Shown here in pieces: positions 40,619 through 50,091 of a stretch of 64,000 nucleotides of DNA (position 1 is the stretch's first letter; the number at the start of each line of letters is the position of its first letter). Position numbers and translations under genes: made by a program. This stretch comes from Minisyncoccota bacterium (GTDB lineage: Bacteria; Patescibacteriota; Minisyncoccia; Phycocordibacterales; UBA9973). The notes under the pieces are model-generated. The model was not told the origin of the DNA, did no database searches, and saw only the letters and a program-made list of their open reading frames with translations. The stretch spans positions 28,798 to 92,797 of the forward strand of contig JBAYUN010000003.1 in the NCBI GenBank assembly GCA_041675085.1. Reading direction: 5' to 3'.

Positions 40619-41731
40619 ATGTATTTTAGGAATTTTTTAATAATATTCATTTTATTTTTTGGGCTTTTCTTTTCTTTAAACATGGACGCCCTAGCTTCCT
40701 CTTCACTCTATTTTAGTAAACCCCCTATTGTGTCTGAAGGAGACAGACTGACTATCTTTTTAAGAGTAAATTCTACAGATCAATCCATAAATGCTGTCTC
40801 TGGTGTAGTTTCTTTTCCAGAGAATTTATTGCGAGCTGTGTCTGCCTCTAAAGAGTCTAGTATTATTAATCTCTGGACTGGTGAGCCTAAAATAACTAGG
40901 GGTCAAATATCTTTTGAGGGAGTTATTCTTAACCCTGGTTTTTCTGGTAATAATGGACTAGTTTTAAAAATTGTCTTTGAAGCAAAGACTAAAGGAGTCG
41001 CCAATTTAAATTTTACTGAAGGCTCGATTTTGGCTAATGACGGATTGGGTAGTAACGTTTTAGCAGATTTGTCAGGTACGAGTATTAGGATCAATAGTTT
41101 TGTAAAACCGACTGATACTCGTCCTATAAAAGTTGTAGCGGAAGAAAAGACAGAAATAAAGACAGAAAATAAACTTGCAAAATTACCAGTGATAGTAGAA
41201 GCCTCTTCGTCCATAGCCTCAAAAGAAAAGATATACATATCAGGTAAAGGTGAGCCCAACAGTCTTACCAAAATCGTATTCAAAGACGTATCATTGAGGT
41301 CTCTTGGTGAAGAACTTTTGACTCGACTTCAATTCAAGAAAACTAAATTAGATTCTATCTTAGTTAAAAATGATGAATTGGGTAATTTCCAGTACACTAG
41401 TACTTCAAATTTAATAGCAGGAGTTTATAATGCTACCCCTTTTCTTGTCGATGAAAATGAGAGTATCGAGAAACCAGGTCTAGGTACTCAGATTTTAGTT
41501 AGTGATAGTAAAATTGTAAAAAATCTAATTGTATTTATTAACGTACTAGGTCTGTTTATACCGATAGTTATACTCTGTGTTATAATTTACTTTATACCTT
41601 GGTATTCATGGCTTCGAATGAGAATCCTAAAAAAGAAATTAGGGTTAGAAGAAGAGAAGATAGAACTTACTGGTATCAATTTAGCACGTCAAGATAATTT
41701 ACTTAATCAAAATATTAATGAAAAAAAATAA
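40619..41731 (+). CDS. cohesin-like domain protein with C-terminal TM anchor
   Basis: GDRLTI.LRVNS....INAVSG.V.FP...I.FEAK..G.A.L.F....LANDGLG pattern; paralogous to the upstream gene. Confidence 0.7.
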   Translation: MYFRNFLIIFILFFGLFFSLNMDALASSSLYFSKPPIVSEGDRLTIFLRVNSTDQSINAVSGVVSFPENLLRAVSASKESSIINLWTGEPKITRGQISFEGVILNPGFSGNNGLVLKIVFEAKTKGVANLNFTEGSILANDGLGSNVLADLSGTSIRINSFVKPTDTRPIKVVAEEKTEIKTENKLAKLPVIVEASSSIASKEKIYISGKGEPNSLTKIVFKDVSLRSLGEELLTRLQFKKTKLDSILVKNDELGNFQYTSTSNLIAGVYNATPFLVDENESIEKPGLGTQILVSDSKIVKNLIVFINVLGLFIPIVILCVIIYFIPWYSWLRMRILKKKLGLEEEKIELTGINLARQDNLLNQNINEKK

Positions 41732-42821
41732 CCTCAATTTTATATTCCTGTTTTTGTCTGTTTTGGCTATAATGATAGTCCCGACATTTTTATTGTCCGC
41801 TCAAAATAGAGATTTATTAACCCCAGAAGAAACTCTTTGGCTTAGCTCTAGAAACAATACTATAGTAGTCTATCCTGAGAAATCTTTTGCTCCTTTTTCT
41901 TATCAGTCTAATTCAGGTACTCCTCTTGGTCTATCTGTCGATTATATAGAATTAATAGCCGAGAAAGTTGGCGCACAGGTAGAATACTTGCCAGCTAAGT
42001 CCCTTGCTCAGATCATAGAAGACGTAAAGCTCGGTAAAGGGGATGTAGTCACTTCACTCATTGATTCTCCTGAGAAACAAGGTCTTCTTTATTTTACTGA
42101 TAGTTATACTGATATATCTTCTGTTGTCGTAACTCGTAAAGATTCCGTTATTAAGAGTGGTATTACTTTAAATGACTTGAACGGCCAAAAAGTAGCAGTG
42201 ACTTCGGGCAGAGCTGTAGAGAATTTCATTGCTAAGAATTACCCTAGAGTTATTATTAGTCCGGTGACAGATGATGAGATAGGTCTACAACAAGTAGTCT
42301 TAGGGGAAGTAGATGCTGCTATTATGGATATTGCCTCTTTGTCTTTTTATTTATCAAAGCAAGTCCTAAGTAGCGTGAAGGTTGTAGGTAATGCAGGTTT
42401 TGAATACAAATTATCTTTTGGTGTACCTAAAGATAAACAAATATTGCAATCAATACTAGACAAAGGTTTGACTCAGATAAGCAAAAATGAAAGGAAGATT
42501 TTTAATGAAAAATGGATAGTGACTCCAGAAGATCAGAAAAATAATTTTTGGAGTATAGCAGGAGCTACTCTTACTAATGATATTTTTCAGTATAATTTTT
42601 TCTTATTGACAATATTTATTTTAGTTATTGTTTTTATAAAGCATAAAGACAATTATAAAAGTCGTTACTATAGATTTCTTAAAAAGAAAGAAGACGTGGA
42701 CGAAGTAGAAGAAGAAGTAGATAAATTAGAAAAAATGAGTGATATGCTAAAAGAAGAATTGGACCATATTAAAGAAACTGAAAATAAATTAAAAGAAAAA
42801 TTAGACTCTATTGAAAAATAA
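41718..42821 (+). CDS. solute-binding (family 3/PBPb) domain membrane protein
   Basis: LTPEE..WL, APFSY...G..G.SVDY..LIA and G.VDA motifs; TM helix and coiled-coil tail. Confidence 0.8.
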   Translation: MKKNNLNFIFLFLSVLAIMIVPTFLLSAQNRDLLTPEETLWLSSRNNTIVVYPEKSFAPFSYQSNSGTPLGLSVDYIELIAEKVGAQVEYLPAKSLAQIIEDVKLGKGDVVTSLIDSPEKQGLLYFTDSYTDISSVVVTRKDSVIKSGITLNDLNGQKVAVTSGRAVENFIAKNYPRVIISPVTDDEIGLQQVVLGEVDAAIMDIASLSFYLSKQVLSSVKVVGNAGFEYKLSFGVPKDKQILQSILDKGLTQISKNERKIFNEKWIVTPEDQKNNFWSIAGATLTNDIFQYNFFLLTIFILVIVFIKHKDNYKSRYYRFLKKKEDVDEVEEEVDKLEKMSDMLKEELDHIKETENKLKEKLDSIEK

Positions 42822-42846
42822 TTTTCAAAATAAGTTATAATATAGT

Positions 42847-44577
42847 ATGACTCAAGAACAGGCGCTACTAATTTTAAAAACTGGAGCCAATGTATTTCTC
42901 ACAGGAGAGCCAGGAGCAGGTAAGACTTATACTATCAATAAATACATAGCTTATCTAAAAGAACATCATATTGATCATTCTATTACTGCGTCTACTGGTA
43001 TTGCTGCGACTCATGTCGGCGGTATGACTATTCATTCTTGGAGCGGGATAGGTATAAAAGAGTTTTTAAGTAAATATGATTTAGACAAGATTTCTACAAG
43101 TGAATATCTGACTCGTCGGATAGTAAAGACCAAAGTCTTGATAATCGATGAGATATCTATGTTACATTCCAATACTTTGTCTATGGTAGATATGGTCTGT
43201 CGTTTGATTAGGCAAAACGATGAACCTTTTGGAGGATTGCAAGTTATCTTTGTTGGTGACTTTTTCCAACTTCCACCTATTAACAAAAAAAGTAATAGAG
43301 AAGAATCTAAAAAAGAAAAAGAAATTCAATTATTTGAAGAAGAAGAAATAGGAGACTTTGCGTATCAGTCTCCAGCTTGGCTCCGGGCGAGTCCTGTTAT
43401 ATGTTATATTCACGAACAGCATCGTCAAGATGATGAAGACTTTTTGGATTTACTACTCTCTATTCGTAGAGGTACTCTCGAAGGTGAGCATTTAGATTAT
43501 CTCAAATCTCGCTTTGTAAAAAGGGAAGAATTCCCTTCAAATGTGACCAAGCTTTTTTCTCACAATCTAGACGTCGATAGAGTAAACACAGATATGCTTT
43601 CAAAAATAGAAGGAGTAGAGAAAAAATTCTTAATGAGCTCTACTGGTAAAGATAATATCGTAGCTACTTTGAAAAAAGGTTGTCTGTCGCCAGAGGTTTT
43701 AGTTTTGAAAAAAGGAGCTATTGTTATGTGTACTAAAAATAATCCCAAAGAACGATATGTCAACGGCACATTGGGCGAGGTGATTGATTTTGACTCTTTC
43801 TCTGGTAATCCTATCATTCGCACTATTTCAGGGGCTCATATTACTATTACGCCACTTGATTGGAGCATAGAAGACAACGGTAAGATTAAAGCCAAAATCA
43901 GTCAGATACCTTTACGGCTCGCTTGGGCTATCACGGTGCATAAAAGTCAGGGTATGAGCATGGATTCGGCTATTATGGATCTATCTTCTGTTTTTGAATA
44001 TGGGCAAGGGTACGTGGCTTTGTCGCGCGTACGTCGTATGTCAGGTTTGTATCTTTTAGGTTTTAACGATATGTCTTTGAAAGTTCATCCGGAAATCTTA
44101 GAGCAAGACAATGATTTTCGCGAGGCGTCAGAAAAAGCCGTTGAGCTTTTCTGTAACATTCCAAATGATGAGATGAAAAAAATGCACAAGAATTTTGTCG
44201 TGGCTATGGGCGGTAAATGGACTGATAAAAAAACTGCAAAAACAAATAAAAATAGTGATAGCAAAAATAATACAGAAGCCGATACAAGTGACTATATAGA
44301 AGATGGAGAGTATCAAGAGCATTCTATCTCTAAGCTTGATAAAATTCGAGAAAAACACACTAACGCTTATAAGAAATGGACCATAGAAGAAGAAGAGAAA
44401 GTAGTATCAGATTTTAAAAAAGGGAAAAGTATTAAAGAGATTGCGAGTATAAACGGACGCCAAGTTGGAGGAATACGTGCTCGGCTTGTTAAATTAGGAT
44501 TAATAGAAGACGATAAAAAATACAAAAAAGAAGACAAGAAAGTGTCTAATAAAAAAGATGAAGAAAACCCATTTTAA
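42847..44577 (+). CDS. Pif1-family (SF1B) helicase with C-terminal HTH
   Basis: GEPGAGKT, IIDEISM, GDFFQLPP and QIPLRLAWAITVHKSQG motifs. Confidence 0.9.
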   Translation: MTQEQALLILKTGANVFLTGEPGAGKTYTINKYIAYLKEHHIDHSITASTGIAATHVGGMTIHSWSGIGIKEFLSKYDLDKISTSEYLTRRIVKTKVLIIDEISMLHSNTLSMVDMVCRLIRQNDEPFGGLQVIFVGDFFQLPPINKKSNREESKKEKEIQLFEEEEIGDFAYQSPAWLRASPVICYIHEQHRQDDEDFLDLLLSIRRGTLEGEHLDYLKSRFVKREEFPSNVTKLFSHNLDVDRVNTDMLSKIEGVEKKFLMSSTGKDNIVATLKKGCLSPEVLVLKKGAIVMCTKNNPKERYVNGTLGEVIDFDSFSGNPIIRTISGAHITITPLDWSIEDNGKIKAKISQIPLRLAWAITVHKSQGMSMDSAIMDLSSVFEYGQGYVALSRVRRMSGLYLLGFNDMSLKVHPEILEQDNDFREASEKAVELFCNIPNDEMKKMHKNFVVAMGGKWTDKKTAKTNKNSDSKNNTEADTSDYIEDGEYQEHSISKLDKIREKHTNAYKKWTIEEEEKVVSDFKKGKSIKEIASINGRQVGGIRARLVKLGLIEDDKKYKKEDKKVSNKKDEENPF

Positions 44578-44842
44578 AATTGTAGTCAAAGTATGGCTTT
44601 GGCCGGGACAAGCTGGTTGGCATTTTGCAACCATTGGTGAAGAAATCTCAGAAGTGATATTGCAAAGAGGCATAAAAGGCATGATCCCGATAGAAGCTCA
44701 GATAGGCAAGACCAAATGGCTTACCTCTCTTTTCCCTCATAAAATGTCTAGAGGATATATAATTTGTTTAAAAAAAGACATTCGCAAAAAAGAAGATATC
44801 TTTGCGGGGGATAGTATTAAATTAAGTTTTAAAGTCCTTTAA
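44558..44842 (+). CDS. DUF1905-family protein
   Basis: W.W....GWHF...IPIEAQIG...W.TSLFP...Y....KK.IRK.E pattern. Confidence 0.75.
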   Translation: MKKTHFKIVVKVWLWPGQAGWHFATIGEEISEVILQRGIKGMIPIEAQIGKTKWLTSLFPHKMSRGYIICLKKDIRKKEDIFAGDSIKLSFKVL

Positions 44843-44862
44843 TAGTTCTTTTAGTAATTCTA

Positions 44863-46413
44863 TTAGTAGTCACGGGGTCGGCCACTTTTTTTACCATCAA
44901 GTCCGTATCTTTTTAGGGCTTCTTCGCGAGCGTGTTCATGTGGCACGATAGGATATATTCTATCTTTATTATCTTCAAATAAATTATTATTTTTTATTTC
45001 ATCTATTTTTTTTAATTCTTTGGTCGTTAAATATTTTGCTAGTTTTTCTTTACCGAGCCATTTTCCTTGATAGATATTTTCGCTATCGTAATTCTCAGCT
45101 TGTAGATAAGGGTTAAATATACGAATAGGTTTCGGGTCGGCTCCTGTACTCGCGCCCCATTGCCAGCCTCCGTTGTTAGACGCCTCGTCGAGGTCTATCA
45201 ACATACAACGGAAATATTCTTGTCCTGCTCTCCAGTCCACTCCTAGATTTTTAGTCAATACCGAAGCGACTATCATGCGAGCGCGATTATGCATGTAGCC
45301 AGTCCGAGCGAGTTCTATCATAGCTGCGTCTACTACCGCATAGCCAGTCTCTCCCTTTATCCAAGCCAAAAATCTCTCATGACTTTTGTCTTTATCTGCC
45401 CATTTTATTCTACGTCGGAATTTCATTTGGAATTCTTCATTCATCAGGTTAGGGTAGTGATAGAATAAATATTTATAAAATTCTCTCCAGATCAGTTCAC
45501 TTATATAATGAGTAGCATCTTCGTGCTTTATAGAGTATGGATTTTCAAAATTAGTATCGTAATGTTTTAATATCATATTTTTGAGCGTCCTACTAGATAG
45601 TAGTCCCCAAGCTAAACCGAGCGACATCTTAGAAGTCTTCTCACGATCCAGATAATCTCTTTCTTTTTTATAGATATCAATATTTTCTTTTAAATACTTA
45701 CTGTATTTTTTAAGAGCAGTATTTTCATCAAAATACCAATTCTCTAAATCCGGCTTATATGGAATTAATTTATCAATATCAAAAGTCTCGCCTAGGGCGT
45801 ATATCTTTCTATTTTTAGAGAATTTTTCCCAGAGTATTTCTTCTTTATTTTCTATTTGATTTTTAAGTTTCTTTAGATTTTCTTTGTCCAAATACTTTAT
45901 ATTTTCTGGATTAACTTTGTCGTATTCTTTTGCTTCTATAAATTCTTGCCAGACTGCGTTCTTGAAAGGAGTAAATATAGAATAGACACTGCCAGTACCA
46001 GACCGAGTATCTTTATCTATTGTCATCATATCTCTACAGACTGTGATATCTATATTTTCTTTTTTGAGTTTTTCGATTTGAGTATAAAAGTCTGGATACA
46101 CGTCTTCGTTTACAAATATTTTGATATCGAAATGCGTAGCCAAGTATTTCAAATACTTAGACCCTTTACCGTGAACCAATAAAAATTCTTTAAAGTTTTC
46201 TCCCCATAGAGGTAGAGCTTTCATTAAGAAATATCGACTTGGATAGCCGAATTGGTATAAAGGATCATTCTTGTACATATAATCCTCAAGTATAAAGACA
46301 GGTAAAAAGGGGATAGTGTGCTCTTTTGAGTATTTTAGAGATTCAGATAAAGCAGGATTATCCCGCAAACGAAAATCTCTCCGTGACCAATAAATAACTA
46401 ATTTATCTTTCAT
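44863..46413 (-). CDS. phr: DNA photolyase/cryptochrome family protein
   Basis: W.RRDFRL.DNPAL, ELIWREFY, TGYMHNRARM and SNNGGWQW motifs. Confidence 0.92.
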   Translation of the reverse strand: MKDKLVIYWSRRDFRLRDNPALSESLKYSKEHTIPFLPVFILEDYMYKNDPLYQFGYPSRYFLMKALPLWGENFKEFLLVHGKGSKYLKYLATHFDIKIFVNEDVYPDFYTQIEKLKKENIDITVCRDMMTIDKDTRSGTGSVYSIFTPFKNAVWQEFIEAKEYDKVNPENIKYLDKENLKKLKNQIENKEEILWEKFSKNRKIYALGETFDIDKLIPYKPDLENWYFDENTALKKYSKYLKENIDIYKKERDYLDREKTSKMSLGLAWGLLSSRTLKNMILKHYDTNFENPYSIKHEDATHYISELIWREFYKYLFYHYPNLMNEEFQMKFRRRIKWADKDKSHERFLAWIKGETGYAVVDAAMIELARTGYMHNRARMIVASVLTKNLGVDWRAGQEYFRCMLIDLDEASNNGGWQWGASTGADPKPIRIFNPYLQAENYDSENIYQGKWLGKEKLAKYLTTKELKKIDEIKNNNLFEDNKDRIYPIVPHEHAREEALKRYGLDGKKSGRPRDY

Positions 46414-46470
46414 TTATCTATTTTAGCATATTTAATAAAAATTCTGTTTTATGTTAATCTTGATTTATAT

Positions 46471-46752
46471 ATGAGTTTTTATGCTGATAAGAATAATAAG
46501 TACAAGCAAGTCCCGGAGCTCGTTTTAGACCTGCATGGATACACTACGCTAGAATGCGAAGATGTACTTTTTGATCTTATCAATGAGCGTGAGTATAATC
46601 ATGTCCGTCTAATAGTCGGCAAAGGTAGAAATAGTCAAAACGGTCCAGTTCTGCCTAACTTTGTTAAGAATTATCTAACAGATCGGGATATCCGTTTCAA
46701 TCAATCCAAGCTCCAAGATGGAGGCGAAGGATCTCTCGAAGTATTTTTCTAA
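46471..46752 (+). CDS. stand-alone Smr domain protein
   Basis: LDLHG, IVGKG.NS..GPVL and GG.G.L.V motifs. Confidence 0.88.
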   Translation: MSFYADKNNKYKQVPELVLDLHGYTTLECEDVLFDLINEREYNHVRLIVGKGRNSQNGPVLPNFVKNYLTDRDIRFNQSKLQDGGEGSLEVFF

Positions 46753-46807
46753 TTGCGTAGATTAGATTTTATTTGCTTTTTTTATATCATTGTACTATAC
46801 TATTGAT

Positions 46808-46910
46808 AGTATTGATCTTTTAAAAAGTTAAAAAATCAATACATAAAAAATTCGAATATGTTCATGTAATTAAAACATCGCTTGGGGCTCGGAACCTCAA
46901 GCTTTTTTTT
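46808..46910 (+). ncRNA. candidate small RNA, tandem unit 1
   Basis: TTGCTT-17-TATACT promoter (46773-46801), 5' hairpin, terminator GCTTGGGG..CCTCAAGC-T8; no ORF. Confidence 0.55.
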
Positions 46911-46946
46911 ATTTGCTTTTTTTATATTATTGTACTATGCTATTAG

Positions 46947-47050
46947 CAGTATGATCCTTAAAAAGTTAAAGATCCATACTGGAAATTTTAGAGTACTTTT
47001 TTTTTGGTTTGACAATTAATAGTTTGGGGTATCTTACCTCAAGCTATTTT
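46947..47050 (+). ncRNA. candidate small RNA, tandem unit 2
   Basis: TTGCTT-17-TATGCT promoter (46913-46941), homologous 5' hairpin, terminator AGTTTGGGGT..ACCTCAAGCT; 140-nt period relative to unit 1. Confidence 0.55.
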
Positions 47051-47093
47051 ATATTTATATGTGGGTTTTAAAATTTTATGATATTATAAAATT

Positions 47094-47327
47094 ATGATTT
47101 ATATAGATGTGAGGACAAGAATGGAATATGACATGGGTCATAAAGACGGTGCTATGCATCATGATATCATGGATATTATGCAAGGAGTTTTGCCGGCAAT
47201 ACCGAAAGACTCTGAGGTGACTTTGTACTGTGAAAGTGGCAATAGATCTATGATGGCGAAAACTATGCTCGAAAATGCAGGGTTCACTAATGTGACTAAT
47301 GGTGGTAGTTTGGACGACGTTTCTTAA
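47094..47327 (+). CDS. rhodanese-like protein
   Basis: IDVRT..EY..GH..GA and LYCESGNRS motifs. Confidence 0.9.
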   Translation: MIYIDVRTRMEYDMGHKDGAMHHDIMDIMQGVLPAIPKDSEVTLYCESGNRSMMAKTMLENAGFTNVTNGGSLDDVS

Positions 47328-47367
47328 TTTTTATTTTTGTGTTAAAGTAAAAGTACAATCAAATATT

Positions 47368-47556
47368 GTATATCAAGAGTGAGGTTTCTTTTGAATTTCA
47401 AAAGAAAAGAGAATTGGCTCAGACCTCCAGCAACCTGTCTTTTAAGGAAAGGTGCTAAATCCAACCTAAAGCCCTAAGGCTGAAGGAAAGATATGTCTCG
47501 CGTCTAGTCCATGCAAGAAAATTCTTTCCTTCATTATTATAATGTAGGAATTTTTT
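47368..47556 (+). promoter_or_regulatory. SAM-I (S-box) riboswitch with terminator, copy 1
   Basis: ATCAAGAG...GAGAATTGGCTC...CAGCAACC...AAGGTGCTAAATCC...GAAAGAT core; terminator at 47526-47556; upstream of metK. Confidence 0.85.
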
Positions 47557-47560
47557 ATTT

Positions 47561-48496
47561 ATGATTAAAACAGCTGAGTTTGTGAGTCCACGTCATCCAG
47601 ACAAGATTTGTGATTTTATTGCAGATTCTATTCTGGACGCTTATTTAGAGGGCGACGTTGATAGTCGTGTGGCTATTGAAGTTATGGGTGGTCATAACCT
47701 TATCACTATCAACGGTGAAGTCACTTCTAAGACAGAAATTAATATAGAAAATATTGTTAAGAATATAGTTGGTGAGGGTTATAAGGTTCTATCCAATATC
47801 GCTTTGCAGAGTCGGGAAATAGCGAGCGGTGTAGATACGGGCGGGGCAGGAGATCAAGGTATTATGAAAGGATATGCGACTCACGAGACTGAGAGTCTAC
47901 TACCTTTAGAATACGAACTTGCGAGAGATTTGTGTCAAAAGATTTATAAAGTTTATCCTTATGACGGCAAGACTCAAGTTACTGTCGAAGATGGGCGGGT
48001 GAAAGTCGTCGTAGCGAGTTTTCAAAATTCTAAGAATAGTAAACTTCTAGAATTAGTAAAAAGTATAATCGACTCCGAAGAATATCTAATCAATCCAGCT
48101 GGAGAATGGGTCTCGGGTGGCTTTGATTCTGATACAGGTCTTTCTGGACGCAAACTCGTCGTGGATAATTACGGCCCCGAAGTCGCTATCGGAGGTGGGT
48201 CTTTCTCGGGCAAGGATTATACCAAAGTAGATAGAAGCGGAGCGTATATGGCCCGCAAGATAGCCGTAGATTTATTGCGTAAATATGAGGCGAAAGAAGT
48301 CGTCACCAAGCTTGCTTATGCTATAGGTAAAAGCGAACCTGTCATGGCTATAGCTATAGTCGACGGTAGAGAAGAAGAAATAGCTGATTATGATCTAAGT
48401 CCAAAAGGTATCAGAGAATATCTCAAACTAAAAGACGTAAAGTTCGCTGAGACTTGTACTTGGGGACATTTTGGGCGAGGTTTTAGTTGGAAATAA
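47561..48496 (+). CDS. metK: S-adenosylmethionine synthetase, compact form, copy 1
   Basis: E.VSP.HPDK.CD, GAGDQG, GRKL.VDNYG and GGG.FSGKD.TKVDRS motifs. Confidence 0.95.
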   Translation: MIKTAEFVSPRHPDKICDFIADSILDAYLEGDVDSRVAIEVMGGHNLITINGEVTSKTEINIENIVKNIVGEGYKVLSNIALQSREIASGVDTGGAGDQGIMKGYATHETESLLPLEYELARDLCQKIYKVYPYDGKTQVTVEDGRVKVVVASFQNSKNSKLLELVKSIIDSEEYLINPAGEWVSGGFDSDTGLSGRKLVVDNYGPEVAIGGGSFSGKDYTKVDRSGAYMARKIAVDLLRKYEAKEVVTKLAYAIGKSEPVMAIAIVDGREEEIADYDLSPKGIREYLKLKDVKFAETCTWGHFGRGFSWK

Positions 48497-48739
48497 TTAT
48501 CCTTTCTTTAAGAATTCAGTTCTCAAGACCAAACCTTTCATTCCGTCGGCGTTGCATTCAACGAGTTCTTCATCGTCAGTAAGTCTAATATTTTTAATCT
48601 TAGTTCCTTGCTTGAGAGTACTAGAGGTGCCTTTGACCTTTAAGTCTTTAATAACTATAACGCTATCTCCGTTGGCTAAAATATTACCATGCGCATCACG
48701 GACTATTATCTCATCTTCATTTTCTATATTTTCATTCAT
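48497..48739 (-). CDS. PhnA/YjdM C-terminal domain protein
   Basis: D..GN.L..GDSV.VIKDLKVKG....LK.GTKIKNIRL pattern; lacks the zinc ribbon. Confidence 0.85.
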   Translation of the reverse strand: MNENIENEDEIIVRDAHGNILANGDSVIVIKDLKVKGTSSTLKQGTKIKNIRLTDDEELVECNADGMKGLVLRTEFLKKG

Positions 48740-48768
48740 TTAGATAGTATACTAAAAATACCAAAATA

Positions 48769-49323
48769 ATGAAGCCAATTTTCTTAATTAAAAATACTGA
48801 GGTACGTTATACGATAAAAGTCCGCAAAGGTACAAGGGGTATTCGTATTAGTGTCTCGCCAGATTTATCTGTCGTCGTGATTAAACCGCGCAATATTTCA
48901 GACTCTTATGTTCAAAATCTCGTCGAGACGAAGACTGACTGGATTCTAGAACAGATAGAGAATTTAAAAAAAAGACCAAAGAAACTCCTCGCGCATTTCT
49001 CCATCAAAGATTATCAACTCTATAAACAAGACGCCTCCGATATAGCTCTCGAGAGATGTCTCTATTTCAATCAATTTTACAATTTCAAAATCAAAAGTAT
49101 CAAGATACGCAATCAGAAAACTAGATGGGGTAGTTGCTCAAGCTCGGGCGAACTTTCTTTCAATTATAAAATATTTTTCTTACCTCCCGACCTACGCGAC
49201 TATATCATCGTGCACGAATTAGCGCATTTAAAAGAAATGAATCACGGAGCAAAATTCTGGGCTTTGGTGAGTCTTCAAATTCCAGATTATAAAAGACGCA
49301 TGCAGGATATACGACTTTATTAG
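48769..49323 (+). CDS. M48/DUF45 (YgjP-like) metallopeptidase-family protein
   Basis: RWGSCS and YIIVHELAHL...NH...FW motifs. Confidence 0.88.
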   Translation: MKPIFLIKNTEVRYTIKVRKGTRGIRISVSPDLSVVVIKPRNISDSYVQNLVETKTDWILEQIENLKKRPKKLLAHFSIKDYQLYKQDASDIALERCLYFNQFYNFKIKSIKIRNQKTRWGSCSSSGELSFNYKIFFLPPDLRDYIIVHELAHLKEMNHGAKFWALVSLQIPDYKRRMQDIRLY

Positions 49324-49367
49324 TGTATAAATATTTTAATGAATTTGTGTTATTATTAGATTAATGA

Positions 49368-49420
49368 AAATAAGTTTTTCGGCGTTAAGGCAAAAGGAGA
49401 ATGCTCTAGAAAAACTATTT
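49368..49420. repeat. hairpin repeat, copy 1 (family B)
   Basis: AGTTTTTCGGCGTTAAGGCAAAAGGAGAATGCTCTAGAAAAACT, homologous to 50103-50147. Confidence 0.75.
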
Positions 49421-49511
49421 AATGAATTTTTGGATTATTAGATTTATTAAAATTAATTAAAAATTGTGCCGCGTTTTAATGGACAGTTACGCGGCATGAT
49501 TTTACAAAAAA

Positions 49512-50081
49512 ATGTCAAAAATATCAATTTGGGTTTTGGTAGGAATTATATTCGTTGGGGGAGGATATTATGCTTTGAATGTTTCAAAGAATAATAATAC
49601 TAATACATTAGATAATGAGGTAGTAGTCGATACAAATCAAGAAGACGATACTATAAATACAGACGCGACTACTGAGGCGACGCCTTCTGGTAAGAAGATG
49701 GCCTTCTCGCAATTTATCGCGACAGATAAAGGCTCTTATGAATGCACCGTGAATCAATACGTGAACGATATCGAAAGCAAAGGTAAAGTCTATATCAACA
49801 ACGGCATGATCAAAGGGGAATTCAATACAAAGACCGCTGGACTCAGTATAGATACTTCACTCATAGTCAGAGACGGTTTTACTTATACTTGGAGCTCTAT
49901 GTTGCCAGGCGTAGGCTTTAAAGCAAAAGTCGTAGCCGATACGAATACAAATACCGATACAAAAACTACCGCTCAATATAGCTTTAATGCAGAACAAATA
50001 GGGGATTATGATTGCCAACCTTGGGCTACCGACGAGAGTAAATTCATTTTACCTACTAGTATCGTCTTCAAAGAAGTCTAG
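49512..50081 (+). CDS. hypothetical membrane-anchored extracellular protein
   Basis: N-terminal TM helix, low-complexity linker, beta-rich domain with two Cys. Confidence 0.8.
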   Translation: MSKISIWVLVGIIFVGGGYYALNVSKNNNTNTLDNEVVVDTNQEDDTINTDATTEATPSGKKMAFSQFIATDKGSYECTVNQYVNDIESKGKVYINNGMIKGEFNTKTAGLSIDTSLIVRDGFTYTWSSMLPGVGFKAKVVADTNTNTDTKTTAQYSFNAEQIGDYDCQPWATDESKFILPTSIVFKEV

Positions 50082-50091
50082 GAAATAAAAA

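Noticed and set aside
46767-47050. Possible CRISPR array
   Set aside because: Only two units, 140-nt period, each with its own promoter and terminator; no cas genes. Kept as an sRNA candidate instead.
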